Shown piece by piece: positions 37,373-51,463 of a stretch of DNA of 64,000 nucleotides (within the stretch, counting starts at the first letter, position 1; every line of letters starts with the position of its first letter). The stretch covers positions 51,088,001-51,152,000 of the forward strand of contig NC_042998.1 of NCBI RefSeq assembly GCF_006345805.1, written 5' to 3'. The notes below the pieces were generated by a model. That model ran no database searches. It saw nothing but the letters and a program-made list of their open reading frames with translations, and was not told the origin of the DNA. The translations under genes were made by a program, and so were the position numbers. The stretch comes from Octopus sinensis (taxonomy: Eukaryota).

Positions 37373-38096
37373 TTTTGCTTTTTCATTTAACTAATTACAT
37401 CAATGATATTTAGCATTTACTTTTTCTAAATAAATAAATACTTTGACTACAAGCATTTTCTACAATGACATTTAATCAACTTCAGATTGGTTACATCTAA
37501 TGCTTTGTTGACATAAAATGTCAATAAACTACATGTTTTAAATATTGCAATACACAATATTCTCATGCTATTGCCAAGTAGAACTTCTCTGGTTCAATAT
37601 TCCAAAATTTTAATAATAATAAACTTGTAAAGCAACATTACATAAGTGGTATCTCTACACTTCGCAAAAATTAAGATTCAGCAACATTAAATCTCAAAAT
37701 TCTATAACTTTTTATAACAATAAATATATTATTAATTAGTTTAAAGATATTAGAATACCTTCCAATTACTTTCAGAATGTCTAGCCAGACTGAAACCTAT
37801 AGACATTAAATCAAACATTTCTGATCCAATGATTTTACTGACATCATGAGTTAATTTTATCTTAGTTAGCTACAATTTCTTATCATTATGTTGTCTTCAA
37901 TAGAATGCTATAATGAAAGATTTTGCTGGTTTTTCTATATTTTGACTACAGACACCAGTAGACACCATCATCAGTATCGTCATCCCCACCATCAATCATC
38001 ATCATCATTGTCATCATCATCATCATTTTAACCTCTATTTTCCCATGCTAGCATGGGTGAGACAGATTTCACTGAGGCAGATTTTTCTATGGCTCG

Positions 38097-38305
38097 ATGG
38101 TGGTGAGCTAGCAGAATCATTAGCATGCCAGGCAAAATGCTTAGCGGTATTTTGTCCGCCACTACGCTATGAGTTCAAATTCCGCTGAGGTCAACTTTGC
38201 CTTTCATCCTTTTGGAATTGATAAAAGTGAAACACTGGGGTTGACGTAATTGACTAGTCCACTCCCCCAAAATGGCTACCCTTGTGACAAAATTTGAAAC
38301 TATAA
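38097..38305 (+). mobile_element. SINE family C
   Basis: GAGCTAGCAGAATCATTAGC head and GAGTTCAAATTCC B box. Confidence 0.85.
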
Positions 38306-38309
38306 TTAT

Positions 38310-39038
38310 CATTCATATACACACAACAGATTAGACTGTTGGAAAAGAAACTTCTTAACATCAGGCAACAACAATGAACCTTAGATGCCAAGAACCCTCC
38401 TAAGTAACCTAGCTGTCTCTAATAGCACTGTTTTCTTGACCTAAACTAAACTGAGTTTCATGCCTATTTTCTCTATCCATCTGTTCAAATCTTTAGGGAT
38501 AGTTCTTAATACACCTACAACTACTGGAATACATTTTACCTGCACTTTCCATAGCCTCTGTAATTCAATGGCTAGGTCCTGGTACTTTCCTTTTTTGTTT
38601 TCTATACCTCTCATATTGATGTTTTCATCCTTTAGGACTGTAAAGTCAATTATCTGATACTTTCTATTCTCTTTAACTACTACTTCTAAATCAAGCCTTC
38701 TAGCTTCTATTAATCTGTCAGTGTGAATGTTTAAGTCCAACAACATTCTTGTACTTTACTAGGTTCATGTTCATACCATTTATCAGTATGGTCAAATCCT
38801 AGCTTTCTATATGATTCCCAGTGGATTACACTCCCTAGGTTGTCATGTCTTTTCTTGTATTCTTTCTGTGCCAGCATACTACATTCACTTACTATATGAG
38901 TAACATTTTCCTCTTTTGATTTGCATAACCTACATTGGGAATCTACTTGGTTTTTGTCTACCTTGACTTTTATCCAATTAGTCTTTAATGTTTGATCTTG
39001 TGCTGCTACTAATAAACATTCTGTCTCTCTTTTCAGCC
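38310..39038 (-). mobile_element. R4/Dong-like LINE 3' end: CCHC knuckle and restriction-like endonuclease
   Basis: AAQDQ, CRLCKSKEENVTHIVSEC (38934-38881), RLDLEVV...IIDF, KYQDLAIELQRLW, IPVVVG. Confidence 0.9.
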
Positions 39039-39184
39039 TTTTTACATGTCACCAGTACAGGAGCCAGTCAGGTAGCACTGGCATTGACCACACATGTCCC
39101 ATCTGGTGATATGTAAAAAGCACCATTCGAGCGTGACTGATGCCAGTGCTGCCTGAGTGGCCTCCATGCAGGTGCCACTAATAG

Positions 39185-39350
39185 TGGCATTTTGTCCATC
39201 TTTACACATTGAGTTCAAATTTTGCTAAGGTCAGCTTTGCCTTCCATCCTTTCATTGTTGATAAAATAAGTATCAGTTGAGCATTGCAGTCAAGGTAACT
39301 GACTTACATTTTCTCAACAAATTGCTGGCTTTGTGCCAAAATTTGAAAGC
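39185..39350 (+). mobile_element. SINE family C, partial
   Basis: GAGTTCAAATTTTGCTAAGGTCAGCTTTGCC. Confidence 0.7.
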
Positions 39351-40212
39351 AATGTTTTTAAGTTAACTAGTTTGTCATTAAGTTTCTTCATTCTTCAAGA
39401 ATCTAGATTTCATAACTTCAAAGATTACTGGAATAGAATGTTTGATCAAGAAACAGGGCAAAAAAAAAGAAAGAAAAAAAAAGAAAAAGAAAAAAAGGAA
39501 CAATTATGCTTTCCTCTTAATCAAAGAAATAATTACAGAAACAAATCTCTCCAGTGTTTTACATCTTTGACTGTTAATTCATCATGATCACCATCACCAC
39601 AATTTACTGTCTGTTTCCCATGCTGGCATGGGTTGTACAATTCAACAGGAGCTGATGAGCCACAAAATTGCAACATAAGGCCAACCACTTTACAGAATGC
39701 TCTGGGTGCTTTTTTTATGTGACACCGGCAGTAGTGAAATCACTGAGTAATTTGAAAGACAAGACTCCTCAACTGAAGCAGGTGTAGTATTAATGGAGAT
39801 AGCTTTATGCCAGGTGATGAGAGGTTTAAAGTATGACAGAGGGACAGAAACAGGTACCTTGCTGTATAGGAGATACATGACTACCCCAGTTGAAAAAAGA
39901 CACAAGATGGGGATAAAAATGTGTCTGGTCACAGATGAATGACTGAAATGAGTAAAAGAATATTTCGTGTATTGAAGAAGTATAAACAATTGTGTGCACA
40001 TGAATTTAGCAACAAAATCTTATGTGAACCCAAAGAGCCATATGAACTCTGGTTAAGAACCCCAAGGTTAGACAATAGAAACCAAAACATGATTCAAAAA
40101 TGCCCTTAGTCCCACAGATATATGATACTGCTGCTCCCTATGTCTTCTATGCTGATGCATGTCACTTCTTCCTTCCTGAGTTTATATTATCCTTCTCACA
40201 TCCCTCCCCATC

Positions 40213-40560
40213 ATCGTTTAACATCTGCTTTCCATGCTGGCATGAGTTGGTCGGTTTGACTGAGGACTGGCAAGCTAGGAGGTTGCACTCTGCTCCAATC
40301 TGATCTGGAAAAATTTCTACAGCTGGATGCCCTTTCTAACGCCAGCCATGCTGAGAATGTAGTGGGTGCTTTGTACATGCCACCTGCATGGAGGCCACTG
40401 AGGAAGCACTGGCATCAGTCACGCTCGAATGGTGCTTTTTACATGTCACCAGTAAAGGAGCCAGTCAGGCAGCACTGGCATTGACCACACATGAATGGTG
40501 CTTTTTACATGCCACCAGTACTGCCATCAGCCACGCTCAAATGGTGCTTTTTATATGCCA
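40213..40560 (-). mobile_element. RTE-type tail element with degenerate internal units
   Basis: CATCATCGTTTAAC...GGATGCCCTTTCTAACGCC. Confidence 0.8.
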
Positions 40561-40959
40561 CTGGGACGGTGCTAATATTTACCATTAACCACATCTCCAC
40601 CTTTCTTCACTCACTATATCCATGGCTAACCCAATTTCTACCCATCCAAAATTTTCCTCCTACACTCTTATGAACTTACCAGCACTTGTCTTTCTTTTTG
40701 ATCTTCAGTCCATATTCTCCCTTATACTCACCTTTTTGTACCTTGAGTGTATGCTCTGGCACCCTGTTACCACAGTCTTTATCTCCCTTGCAGCTACCCT
40801 CATTTACCCTTGAATAACACAAGGAATGCATGTGTCTCCTCTCTAGGAAAACACCTGTGCTTGTCCCTTTCTTATATTTTAGGTTTCCACATCACATGTA
40901 AAGCCATCTCTCCATCTTTCAAACACATTCCCACTCTGACGTGAAGGATTTTGCCTCTT

Positions 40960-41210
40960 CATTTTTTTTCTCTTTGTCTTGCAACTTACTTGGCAACCTT
41001 GTTAGTGCCAGTGTCATGAAAAAAAACAAAACAACCAATGCTCATTTTAAAATGGCTGGCATTAGGAAGGGGATCCAGCAGCAGCAGAAATTATGCCATA
41101 GCTGAAGCTGGAACCTGACACAGCTCTGTAGCTCATCAGGCTCTGTCAAAACCATCCAACCCATGCCAGCATGGAAAATGGATATTAAATTATGATGATG
41201 ATGAGGAGGA
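40960..41210 (+). mobile_element. RTE-type tail element
   Basis: GGCATTAGGAAGGGGATCCAGC box and (GAT)n tail. Confidence 0.7.
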
Positions 41211-43282
41211 GGAGGATGAATACAATGAAGGTGACAACAACTTTGATGATGATAACTACAGTGGCTAATTCTTTGTTAATAGTTATTAATGAATTTTTTT
41301 TCTTTTTGATTTACTTTGAATTAATTGATCAGTCATTAACCATAATTAATCAGTAAGGTCCTTTAAATCGGTAAGATTCTTTAAATCTCTAGAAAAACAG
41401 AATGTTGTTTTAATGACAAACAGGGCCAAAATGAAAATGGTGCTTTCCTTTTAATCAAACAATTAAGCACAGAAATAAATCTCTCAATCCTTCAACGTCT
41501 TTAACTGTCACCAATTCCTCTTATTGTATTGGCATGCTTCACACCTCTTTATCAATACAAAACTATTATTCTACTCTCAATTACCTCGAAAATATTTTTT
41601 GATAAATTAACGACCTTTACTTTCTCAATAAATTTGTTTACTACAATGACTGCCAAATTGATATTTTCTTTTTTTTTTTCTTTTTTCAGTAATGCCAATT
41701 GGTGACTTTTTTCTTTCAACAATTTAAATAAAAGTGTCTGATATTTGGGGTAAATAATGTGTTCGCTCTATGAAAAATAGCTTTCTATATTCTTTACTTA
41801 TCAATCTATAGACTCTCTTTTATTTTCAGCCAACATATGAAAGAGACAGCCAGTCAGTATTTTGGTTTCAGATATGTTTTGTCAGTTACTCATAATTAAC
41901 ACAATGGCTTGAAAGACATTATTTTATGACTATCTGTTTCTTTTCTTCTCATATTTTACGAGCCTCAATGCAACATCTTAATGTCATTCATTCTTTTTTA
42001 ACAAAACAATTCTTTATATCTATAATAAACATATGATTGAACATACGCTCACTGTTTGAAATTCAACTGTTCTTTAGAACGACAACTAGTTAGAACATAA
42101 CAATGTAATGGAAATATTATTTTTAGTTTAAAGAATCTTACACTACGCTCTTAAATAATAAATAAGCTAAAACTCGTCATCAAGTGTCTGTAATTCAAAA
42201 TAAAATAGCACTACTTCTAAAACTTGATCTATTTTTTTTTACTTTTTATTGCCACTGTATGTAATAAATCCTTTATATTTATTTTAAGAAGTAATAAATG
42301 GAAAACAAGAACCTAAACCTTACATATCCACACCGAAAAGTAGAGTCACAGAGACAAAGAATATTCCAGGTATGAACATGTTTGTTGTGAAAAATCAAAG
42401 TCAAGACTATATATAGACAGTACTTTCAAACTGAATTCGAGTCACATCGCTACAATTATTAAGATTTACATTATTCTAATGGAAGTTTCTACATACCAAT
42501 AAAGATGATAGACTGCAGTAAACCTGGTGTAGAAAGAGCATGTCCTTGAAGAGATTGTGAATAGCAATGAAAGGACTTTGATAAACTTAGATGATTGATT
42601 GATTGACCAAATAATTGATCAAACAAATGATTAGTCAAATTGGTTAACTGCTTAACTAATTTACTAATAATAGTAATAAAAGAAGTGAAATAAAACCAAT
42701 GCACGTGTTTATTACTGGCATGATGACTCTTCCAAGATACAACAAAATCTGTTTCAATCACAAGTTCACATCAAGATTCTTGCAAACCAAATACAAAAAA
42801 TGTAACATAAAGAGGATACTATGTGGAAAATATATCAAACAAAATATATCAAAGAGTGCAAACTCTTTCACATCACTTTAGAAAATCTGTTTCTTCATCA
42901 ATTGAAAAATATCAATCAAATTAACACTTTGTGATTACTGAGTGATTAAAGTATAGGTTTTTCAACCCAATAAAAGCTCCTTCACAGGGTCATTCTACCT
43001 ACTAAAACTATGTTGCTTTTAAATCACACCTTATACTTTTAATACTAGCAGTACCAATCTGCTACAAGCCACTCTTGGTAGTTTCATGACACAAGACCTA
43101 TTGTTTTAATGTGTTTGTGTCTAAAATAAAACCTTTCATCTATATTTTTTTGCATAAGACTCTTTTAAGTTATGTTCTTTTAAATTTAATGATAAAAAAA
43201 CTGAGGTGTATTATTTACAAAATACTTCCAAACATTACATTATCTGCTAAATTAAGTGAAATGCATAAGCAGTATATTTTAA

Positions 43283-43503
43283 CCCTTTCATTACCAACCC
43301 GGCTGAAACCGGCTCTGGCTCTGTAATACAAATGTCTAGTTTTCATAAGTTTTGAATTAAAATCTTCCACCAAACCTTTGTCACAATTAATGTTCCTAAC
43401 ACTAGCTTAATGATAACTAAGTTATTTTACTAAATCCTTTGTTATATTTAAAGTAATTGAAAGAAACACAGAGCATCTCAAAATAAATACAGTAACGAAA
43501 GGG
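43283..43503. mobile_element. piggyBac-like MITE
   Basis: TTAA TSD at 43279-43282 and 43504-43507; TIR CCCTTTCATTAC / GTAACGAAAGGG. Confidence 0.9.
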
Positions 43504-44627
43504 TTAATTATGAATGGGTTAAACATAGATGAAATGGTCATTCACTGGAATGTTTTCAATCAAAGGTCTGCTGAAACAGTGCAGACCTGATCTCAGACTA
43601 AATAATAACAACAGCAGTAGTAGGTTTTCTTTATTCAGAATCATCTGAAATTTTAGCTAGAAGGATAAAAGTTTGGCCTGCTACGTATCTGTCAGTCAAC
43701 TGTACTACAGATATCTCCTTCAAAGTAGTTCGGTGGTTAGAATTAAAAGAAGGTGTTGTGTAGCAGAAGAGCAGATCTAATGTGTTGCACAAATGCCTAA
43801 TTGAAAATCAGAATGTAAAATTATCTTTTCTAATTTTTGGTTTCTGAAACCAGCATTTACTTGTTATCAAGAAGGTATTTCATCCCACTAGTTTTTGTCT
43901 GTTCAAACCACTGAGCTGCGGGACTTATTGCTTATATAGAGCATAAACAAATATCACTGCTACCCAAGTGATATCAATGCAAACACAAGTATAGACAAAC
44001 ACACGGATACATATATGCACATTCAAGAACATGTGCACATGCACACCTATACACATGCATGCACACACACACACAAATATACACACAAATATACATACAC
44101 ACATGCACACACATATGCACACACACATGCACACCTGCACATGTACACACACATATACATATGCATGACAGGTTTCCAAACAGTTTCTGTAAACCAAATT
44201 TCACACAAGAAGTATTATAGTAAAAGACATGCAAGGTGTCACACAATGAAATCAAACATGAAATCACATGGTTGCAAAATGAACTTCCTAAGTACAAGCC
44301 ATACCTGCACCTTTATGATTATACATATATGCGAAAAATCATTTTTGGAAAATGCCATTCCTTTTAAAGTATGGAACCCATCCACCCGTCTTGGCAAGTT
44401 TTTAAGTCCTTTCAGATGCCAACCCACCTAGGGCCACACCTCATTCTGATTCAAACTCCTTGCTTTAAAGTGTTCTAAATTAAAACCTTCCATCAAAGTT
44501 TCGTGTCAATATTTGTCCCAATCACCAGCTTAATAATGACAAATTCGTTTTACTAAATTCTTTGTTATTTTCAAAATTAGCGAAACTAAGACAGTGTATT
44601 TTAAGAGAAATATAGAAACAAAAGAAA

Positions 44628-45029
44628 TGTAGCATAGCAAAGATAGCTGAATCACATCCCTTTGCTGGCAAACACCACCAGGTAGCAAAGATAGCTTTGC
44701 CAGAAAATGCCAACAGGTGGCATGGCAGTTGACTCCTATATATTCCGAGGTCTTTGAGTGCTCGCTCTCTCTTGCCATTTTGGACACCATGGAACATGAA
44801 TCTCTCTTCTGCCCAAGACCACAGACTACATGCGGTTACCATCATTCTAGCAAGGTCTGCCAAAGCTGACTTCTTAATCTCTGCTGTTACAATGACGCCT
44901 GCTTAATAGATTTCAGATCACCGTCATTCTCCAGCTTTATCATCGCAACTTGTTCAGCAGCTAATTCTATTGTCACAGCCTATGAGGAAATTAATTGTTG
45001 TGTTACCAACTTTGCTGGCACCTGCTACA
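44628..45029 (+). mobile_element. Possible solo LTR
   Basis: Perfect 7-bp termini TGTAGCA...TGCTACA and TATA-like CCTATATAT; flanks do not match as a TSD. Confidence 0.45.
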
Positions 45030-45615
45030 ATTTGTTATAGTAAGTCCTAGCTGTGAACTAAATATATTTTCTGACTAAACCTCACACATGACACCACACA
45101 CATGTTTCTGTTGCCTTCACAATTTTGTCTCACAGCTAATTATCTCTTACTTGTCATTCAAAAGGATCCAAGACATGTAGATATCTGATTTCTTGCATCA
45201 TGTGAAAAGCTGTGTTTTGTACCATCTATTCTAATTAAATTTTATTTGTTATGTTAAACAATCTTTATCTTCTTATACACACCTGGCATGCTAAAGAGTT
45301 AACACACAACAAATATCATTCTACTGTCAAACTGTAGCTTCTTTTTGATATCATTTACTATCAATATAATAGTTTCTATCCTACAACTCAATGCAAATAT
45401 CACCTAAACATACAAGAGACAATCAAAAAGCTCATCAGTTCAATGCCAAAAAGAGTTTCTGAATTAAAAACTGCAAAGGGAATGTCAACTAAATACTCAA
45501 GTATGTAGTCCTACCTATCAATTACATTTCAATTGTTCGCTTTGTGTATTAAATAAAAGATTTTGAAAATTGAAGGTGTATATTTACTTCCTGCATGTCT
45601 GTGTGCGTGTGTATG

Positions 45616-45646
<31 letters not shown>

Positions 45647-45648
45647 AT

Positions 45649-45687
<39 letters not shown>

Positions 45688-45689
45688 CA

Positions 45690-46360
45690 CACACATACAT
45701 GATAGGCTTCTTTCAGTTTCCATCTACCAAATCCACTCACAAGGCTTTGGTCAGCCTGAAGTTATAGTAGAAGACACTTGCCCAAGATGTCATGCAGTGG
45801 GACTGAACCCAGAACCATGTTGTTGGGAAGCAAGCTTCTTACCACACAGCCACGCCTATATATTCTTTATATACTCCTCTCTGGACAGAATACCAGTCCA
45901 TCGCAGGATTACTCATTTTTGTAAACTGAGTAGACTGGAGCAATGTGAAATGAAGTATTTTGCTCAAGAACACAATGCATAACCCAATCTAGGGATCGAA
46001 ACCACAATCTTAAAATCATGAGCCCAACACCCTAACCACTAAGCCATGCACCTCCACTTTCTTCCTATACCCCATATTCAATAATTAATCCAACCCTTCT
46101 TCTGTAGAGCTGCATCAACCTGAAACAATCTTAGCATTGTTATTTTCTATCCAGAAGGCAGCAAGCTGACAGAATCCTTGGCATGCTGGACAAAAAGGTT
46201 AGCAGCATTTTGTCTTTATGTTCTGAGTTCAAATTTTACCAGGTTGACTTTGTCATTCGTCCCTTTAGGTCTGATAAAATAAACTAACAGTAGAGCACTG
46301 GGGGTGATGTAATTACCTATCCCACTCCTTGAAAATTCCAGGCTTTGTGCTTACAGTAAA
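45690..46360. mobile_element. SINE cluster: A 5' half (-, 45690-45855), B (-, 45880-46055), C (+, 46157-46360)
   Basis: Family signatures as in the other copies. Confidence 0.75.
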
Positions 46361-46375
46361 AAATATTTTTACATA

Positions 46376-46560
46376 GGCACAGGAAGGGCTGTTTGATAAG
46401 AAGCTTACTTTCCAGCCACATGGTTCTGGTTTCAGTCCCACTATGTGGCACCTAGGGCAAGTGTCTTCTACAATAGCCTCAGGCTGACCAAAGCCTTGTG
46501 AGTGGATTTGATAAACAGAAACTGAAAGAAGCCCATCATATATAGGTATGTATGTATGTA

Positions 46561-46600
<40 letters not shown>

Positions 46601-47389
46601 TATCTACTCTTCGAACCCCCCTCTTCAATACGCTATTTCACCATGCATTACCCCTCTCTCGATATCCTACATTCTACTTGCCTAGAACCTGTCATCATTT
46701 CTCTGAACCACCCCTCCCCACTGGTGCTCCCCTCTATTTCTGCACCCTCCCCCCACACATAAAAAGCACCATCCGAACGTGGCCGATGCCAGACCCCTCT
46801 GGCACCTGTGCAGGTGGCACGTAAAAAGCACCCACTACACTCGCGGAGTGGTTGGCGTTAGGAAGGGCATCCAGCTGTAGAAACACTGCCAGACTAGACT
46901 GGAGCCTGGGGCAGTCCCGAGCTCCCCAGACCCCGGTCGAAACCGTCCAACCCGTGCTAGCGCGGAAAACGGACGTTAAACGATGATGATGATGATGATG
47001 ATGATGATATATATATACATGCATCTGAGCGTTAAACTAATACATCTGTTTGTTGTCTACACCACCTGTCTTCGTCTTTTGTTTTTTGTGAAATCTCCTC
47101 CTATATATATATATTATATATATATATATATATTATATATATATATATCTGTGTGTGTGTGTGCATATATGTATTTGTTTGTGTGTCTGTGTTTGTCCTC
47201 CCACCTTTGCTCGACAAATGATTTTGGTATGTATACATACCCGTAACTTAGTGGTCCAGCAAAAAAGAGACCAATAGAATAAGTACTAGGCTTACAAAGA
47301 ATAAGTCTTGGGGTCGATTTGTTCGACTAAAAGCGGTGCTCCAGTATGGGCACAGCCCAATGACTGAAACAAGTAAAAGAATAAAAGAA
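46376..47389 (+). mobile_element. SINE family A split by nested insertions
   Basis: 5' half at 46376-46550 and 3' half at 47150-47389. Confidence 0.85.
46755..47008 (+). mobile_element. RTE-type 3'UTR (one internal unit), nested in SINE A
   Basis: Conserved box at 46854-46884 and (GAT)n tail. Confidence 0.9.
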
Positions 47390-48059
47390 AATTCTATATC
47401 TGATGCACAACACAACAAATGACAGAAAACTCAAATGAAACAATTACTATCAGATATTTCATTATAAATATAAATATGATATGGTCACAAAGTTTTGACT
47501 AAATAACTAATGAAAATTAAAACACTATTAGACATTTCATGACAGACAGCCAAATGTAGAAGAAAAACTGAAGAACAAGCAGCTGAATAATTATGATGCT
47601 TTAAAAGTAGTTTATAAACTTACTACAGATAGAATTTATATTAGTCTCTTGTGTTTTCATGAACCATTCAGAAAGCTTATACAGAATCTTTCAATATGCA
47701 AGATACAGCAATAAAATTGCCCTCAATTCACATTCTTAGTCATGCTCATCTGTCAGAATGACAAGGACAATCTAGTTGTCCTCAAGGATGACTGATGACT
47801 TGTGCGCTGACTTTGTTTAAAGGGGAAAAGAGCTGTGCACTATCAATCTCACTCTTTTGTCTGTAGCCATCTACAATCCAGTGAGAAAACCAGGTAAAGA
47901 TGACAGGGGATGGAGGCAGATGCAGTGGATGACAAAGATGTCTTACTTGCCTCCTCCTATTCTCTGTAGTCTGCTGTAGTCATTAAAAATTTTTTTCTAT
48001 AAGTTTATGTGAGGAGAAACACTTGGTAATTCAACATTGATTTTTTTTTTTAACATGTT

Positions 48060-48468
48060 ACTCTTTTACTCTTTTACTTGTTTCAGTCATTTACTGTGGC
48101 CATGCTGGAGCACCACCTTTAGTCGAGCAAATCGATCCCAGGACTTATTCTTTGTAGGCCTAGTAATTATTCTATCAGTCTCTTTTGCCGAACCGCAAAG
48201 TTACGGGGACGTAAACACACCAGCATCGGTTGTCAAGCGATGTTCGGGGGGGGGGGGCAAACACAGACACACAAACACATACACACACATACATATATAC
48301 ATATATATACGACAGGCTTCTTTCAGTTTCCATCTACCAAATCCACTCACAAGACTTTGGTCGGCCTGAGGCTATAGTAGAAGACACTTGCCCAAGGTGC
48401 CCACGCAGTGGGACTGAACCCGGAACCATGTGGCTGGTAAGCAAGCTACTTACCACACAGCCACTCCT
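48060..48468 (-). mobile_element. SINE family A, full length
   Basis: Colinear with 1234-1625. Confidence 0.9.
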
Positions 48469-49020
48469 AGTGTGTAATTTAATCTAAAAACAAATTTAAT
48501 CTGCAAAATCTTACACAGGTATTTTGAAAATTCACACAGGTCTCCCTTGCTGCAGTCATCTTTCCATCCATTGAACCATGAAGGTGAGGAAAGTGAGCAA
48601 TCATGGCTGGGACTCTTGCAATCATAGGTTCACTCAACCATATCCAGGATTTAAACAACAAAAATAATCAGAGGGCATTGTTTTCTTGATATCTGGTATT
48701 TGAAACCCTCACTAATTAAAGCTACTGGCAACAGAAATCAAGAATATGTTTCAGAAAATGAATATTATAACAAAATCCTCGTGAAGGAATAGCAGGGAAG
48801 TGGTGGAGGGGAGATGATAAAATTGTGTTTTTTTTTTTTTTTTTTTTTTTATTAATTTCATGAAACTTCTATAGAAATACAAACAACTCACACACACATG
48901 CACACAAAATCATAAAAATAAACACACACATACATACGCACACACATGCCCACACACATGTGAGCACATGCACATATACACATACATGCGGCCATACATG
49001 CACACACACATACACACACA

Positions 49021-49059
<39 letters not shown>

Positions 49060-49225
49060 ATGCATACACACCAAACTCAACATAACCATGAAACTTTTAA
49101 ACAAGAGAACTGAACACAATTCTCCAGACAAAGAAACTAGTTCCTAAACAGTCAATAGTTCTTATTCCTTCTTTCTTTTCTTGATTTATTATAGGTTTTA
49201 CACACACACATATATATATATATGC

Positions 49226-49272
<47 letters not shown>

Positions 49273-50165
49273 TTTGTTTGGGGAGTGTGTTACTTTGGGG
49301 GATTTTTTTTTTCTACTTTTGCAGACATAACAATTGCTTCTAAAGCCAGTTGTAAATCAGAAAGTAATGCTGGAGAATACAGAGTTCATTGTCAGAGAAG
49401 CATTTTTATTATCCATTTGTCATATTCTTTATGTAATTTATTGAAATGTAATTTGGAATGCTTTTTATATATTTAGGTAGGCTTTAACAATATATACATA
49501 AGTATGCTTGTGTGTGTGTGTGTGCATGCATGTGTGTGTGTTTGTGTGTGCATGTGTGAAAGTATGTATGTGTGTGTGTGTATATATATATATATATACA
49601 CACACATATTAATACTCATATATGTATACATATATTTATATATATATGGAAGATATATATGCATATATATAAATACACACACATTTATATGTACATATAT
49701 CATACAAGTACATATGTGTATGTAAATATATATAAATATATATAATAAATATGTATATTTATATAGGTATATATAGATGTATTCACATATTAATATATAT
49801 ACATAATACATACATATATATGTAAATGTGTGCATTATACACACCTCCATAATATATATGTATGTGTGTACGAAAGAAAGAGTGTGTTTGTTTGTGTATA
49901 TTCATATGTATCTGCTTGTTTCATTCATTTTCTCATTAGTTGTTCAGTTTTCCATACAAGCATGGATCTGGATGAAAATTATTAGCGGCAGGATTTTATG
50001 ACCAGATGCTCTTCCTGATGCTAACATTTACCTGTTTACAAGTAAAGGATGATTTTCTTAATTTTTTTATTCCCATGGTCTTCAAAAGCAAAGAACAACT
50101 AGTGATGTTGTCAATATCTTCATAGCTTTGTTCGACCAGAGTTAAGTCCATAATTTCAATATATT

Positions 50166-50565
50166 GGCGGAGGAGTGGCTGTGTGGTAAGTAGCTTGCTT
50201 ACCAACAACATGGTTCCGGTTTCCATCCCACTGTGTAGCACCTTGGGCAAGTGTCTTCTACTATAGCCTCAGGCCAACCAAAGCCTCGGGAGTGGATTTA
50301 GCAGATGGAAACTGAAAGAAGCCAGTCATATATATGTATGTGTGTGTGTGTATTTGTGTGTCTGCGTTTGTCCCGCCAACATCGCTTGACAACCGATGCT
50401 GGTATGTTTACGTCCCCGTAACTCAGTGGGAGAAAGCGATAGAATATGTACTAGGCTTACAAAGAATAAGTTCTGGGGTCAATTTTCTCAACTAAAGGTG
50501 GAGCTCCAGCATGGCAACAGTCAAATGACTGAAACAAGTAAAAGAGAGTAAAAGAAAAAGAGAGT
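50166..50565 (+). mobile_element. SINE family A, full length
   Basis: GGCGGAGGAGTGGCTGTGTGGT head through the tail. Confidence 0.9.
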
Positions 50566-50603
50566 ATCCATGCACATTATATATACACATACACAACACA
50601 CAA

Positions 50604-50643
<40 letters not shown>

Positions 50644-50979
50644 ATGTATATATAGTAATAATAGGGTTCCAAAGAATCAAACAGATCCCTTATATTGGTT
50701 CAGCTTGCTTTCTGGAGTAGAATTGATGTTTTGAACTATCATGAATTGTTCTGAACATTAGTCTGTTAGTTAATTTCTCAGCATGCTTGTACATATCAGT
50801 GTACATATATATTTATATGTATATTTTATATAGGCATGAATGCTGATGTAATACCTATTATGCAACTAACATGATTAAGAAACAGCTGTAAGCAAAAGGA
50901 ATAAACATCAATTCTCCCAAATCACTTCTCTTACATGTTCAATTCATGTATATGTATATATGTTGTGGTTTCTAATTTT

Positions 50980-51180
50980 GGCACAACAGCAGTTTAAGTG
51001 AGAGGTGCTTAGTCAATTACCTCAACCCCTGTACTTGACTGGTGCTTCATTTTTTTTTTTTACTCAAATAAGATTGAAAGGCAAAGCTGATCACAACAAG
51101 ATTTGAATTCAGATCTTGAAGAGCCAGAACTACTGTGAAGCACATTGCATTCAACATGCTAACTTTTCTGCCATCTCACC
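50980..51180 (-). mobile_element. SINE family C, degenerate
   Basis: GAAAGGCAAAGCTGATC...GATTTGAATTCAG on the plus strand. Confidence 0.65.
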
Positions 51181-51196
51181 TTATACATACACACAC

Positions 51197-51230
<34 letters not shown>

Positions 51231-51369
51231 GCATGCATGCATATACATACATGCATCATGCATACATACATACATACATACATACATACATACATACATA
51301 CATACATACATACCACATGTATAGGCTACATCATGTTTCTGTGGACGACATCATGCAAGTGACTGCCTC

Positions 51370-51430
51370 GATAACTGATGAGATGCCGGAGCAAGTTTCT
51401 GCCCTGACATCCGAAACTCAGAGTCTTATT
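51370..51430 (+). ncRNA. Type I hammerhead ribozyme, canonical core with GUC site
   Basis: GATAA-CTGATGA-GATG..CATC-C-GAAAC-TCAGA-GTC^TTATT; predicted cleavage after 51425. Confidence 0.75.
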
Positions 51431-51463
51431 ATGGCAACCGAATAATTGTCACATATATTATGT

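Noticed and set aside
43630-43765. Open frames on both strands after a good plus-strand acceptor
   Set aside because: About 40 codons with no recognisable homology; consistent with chance.
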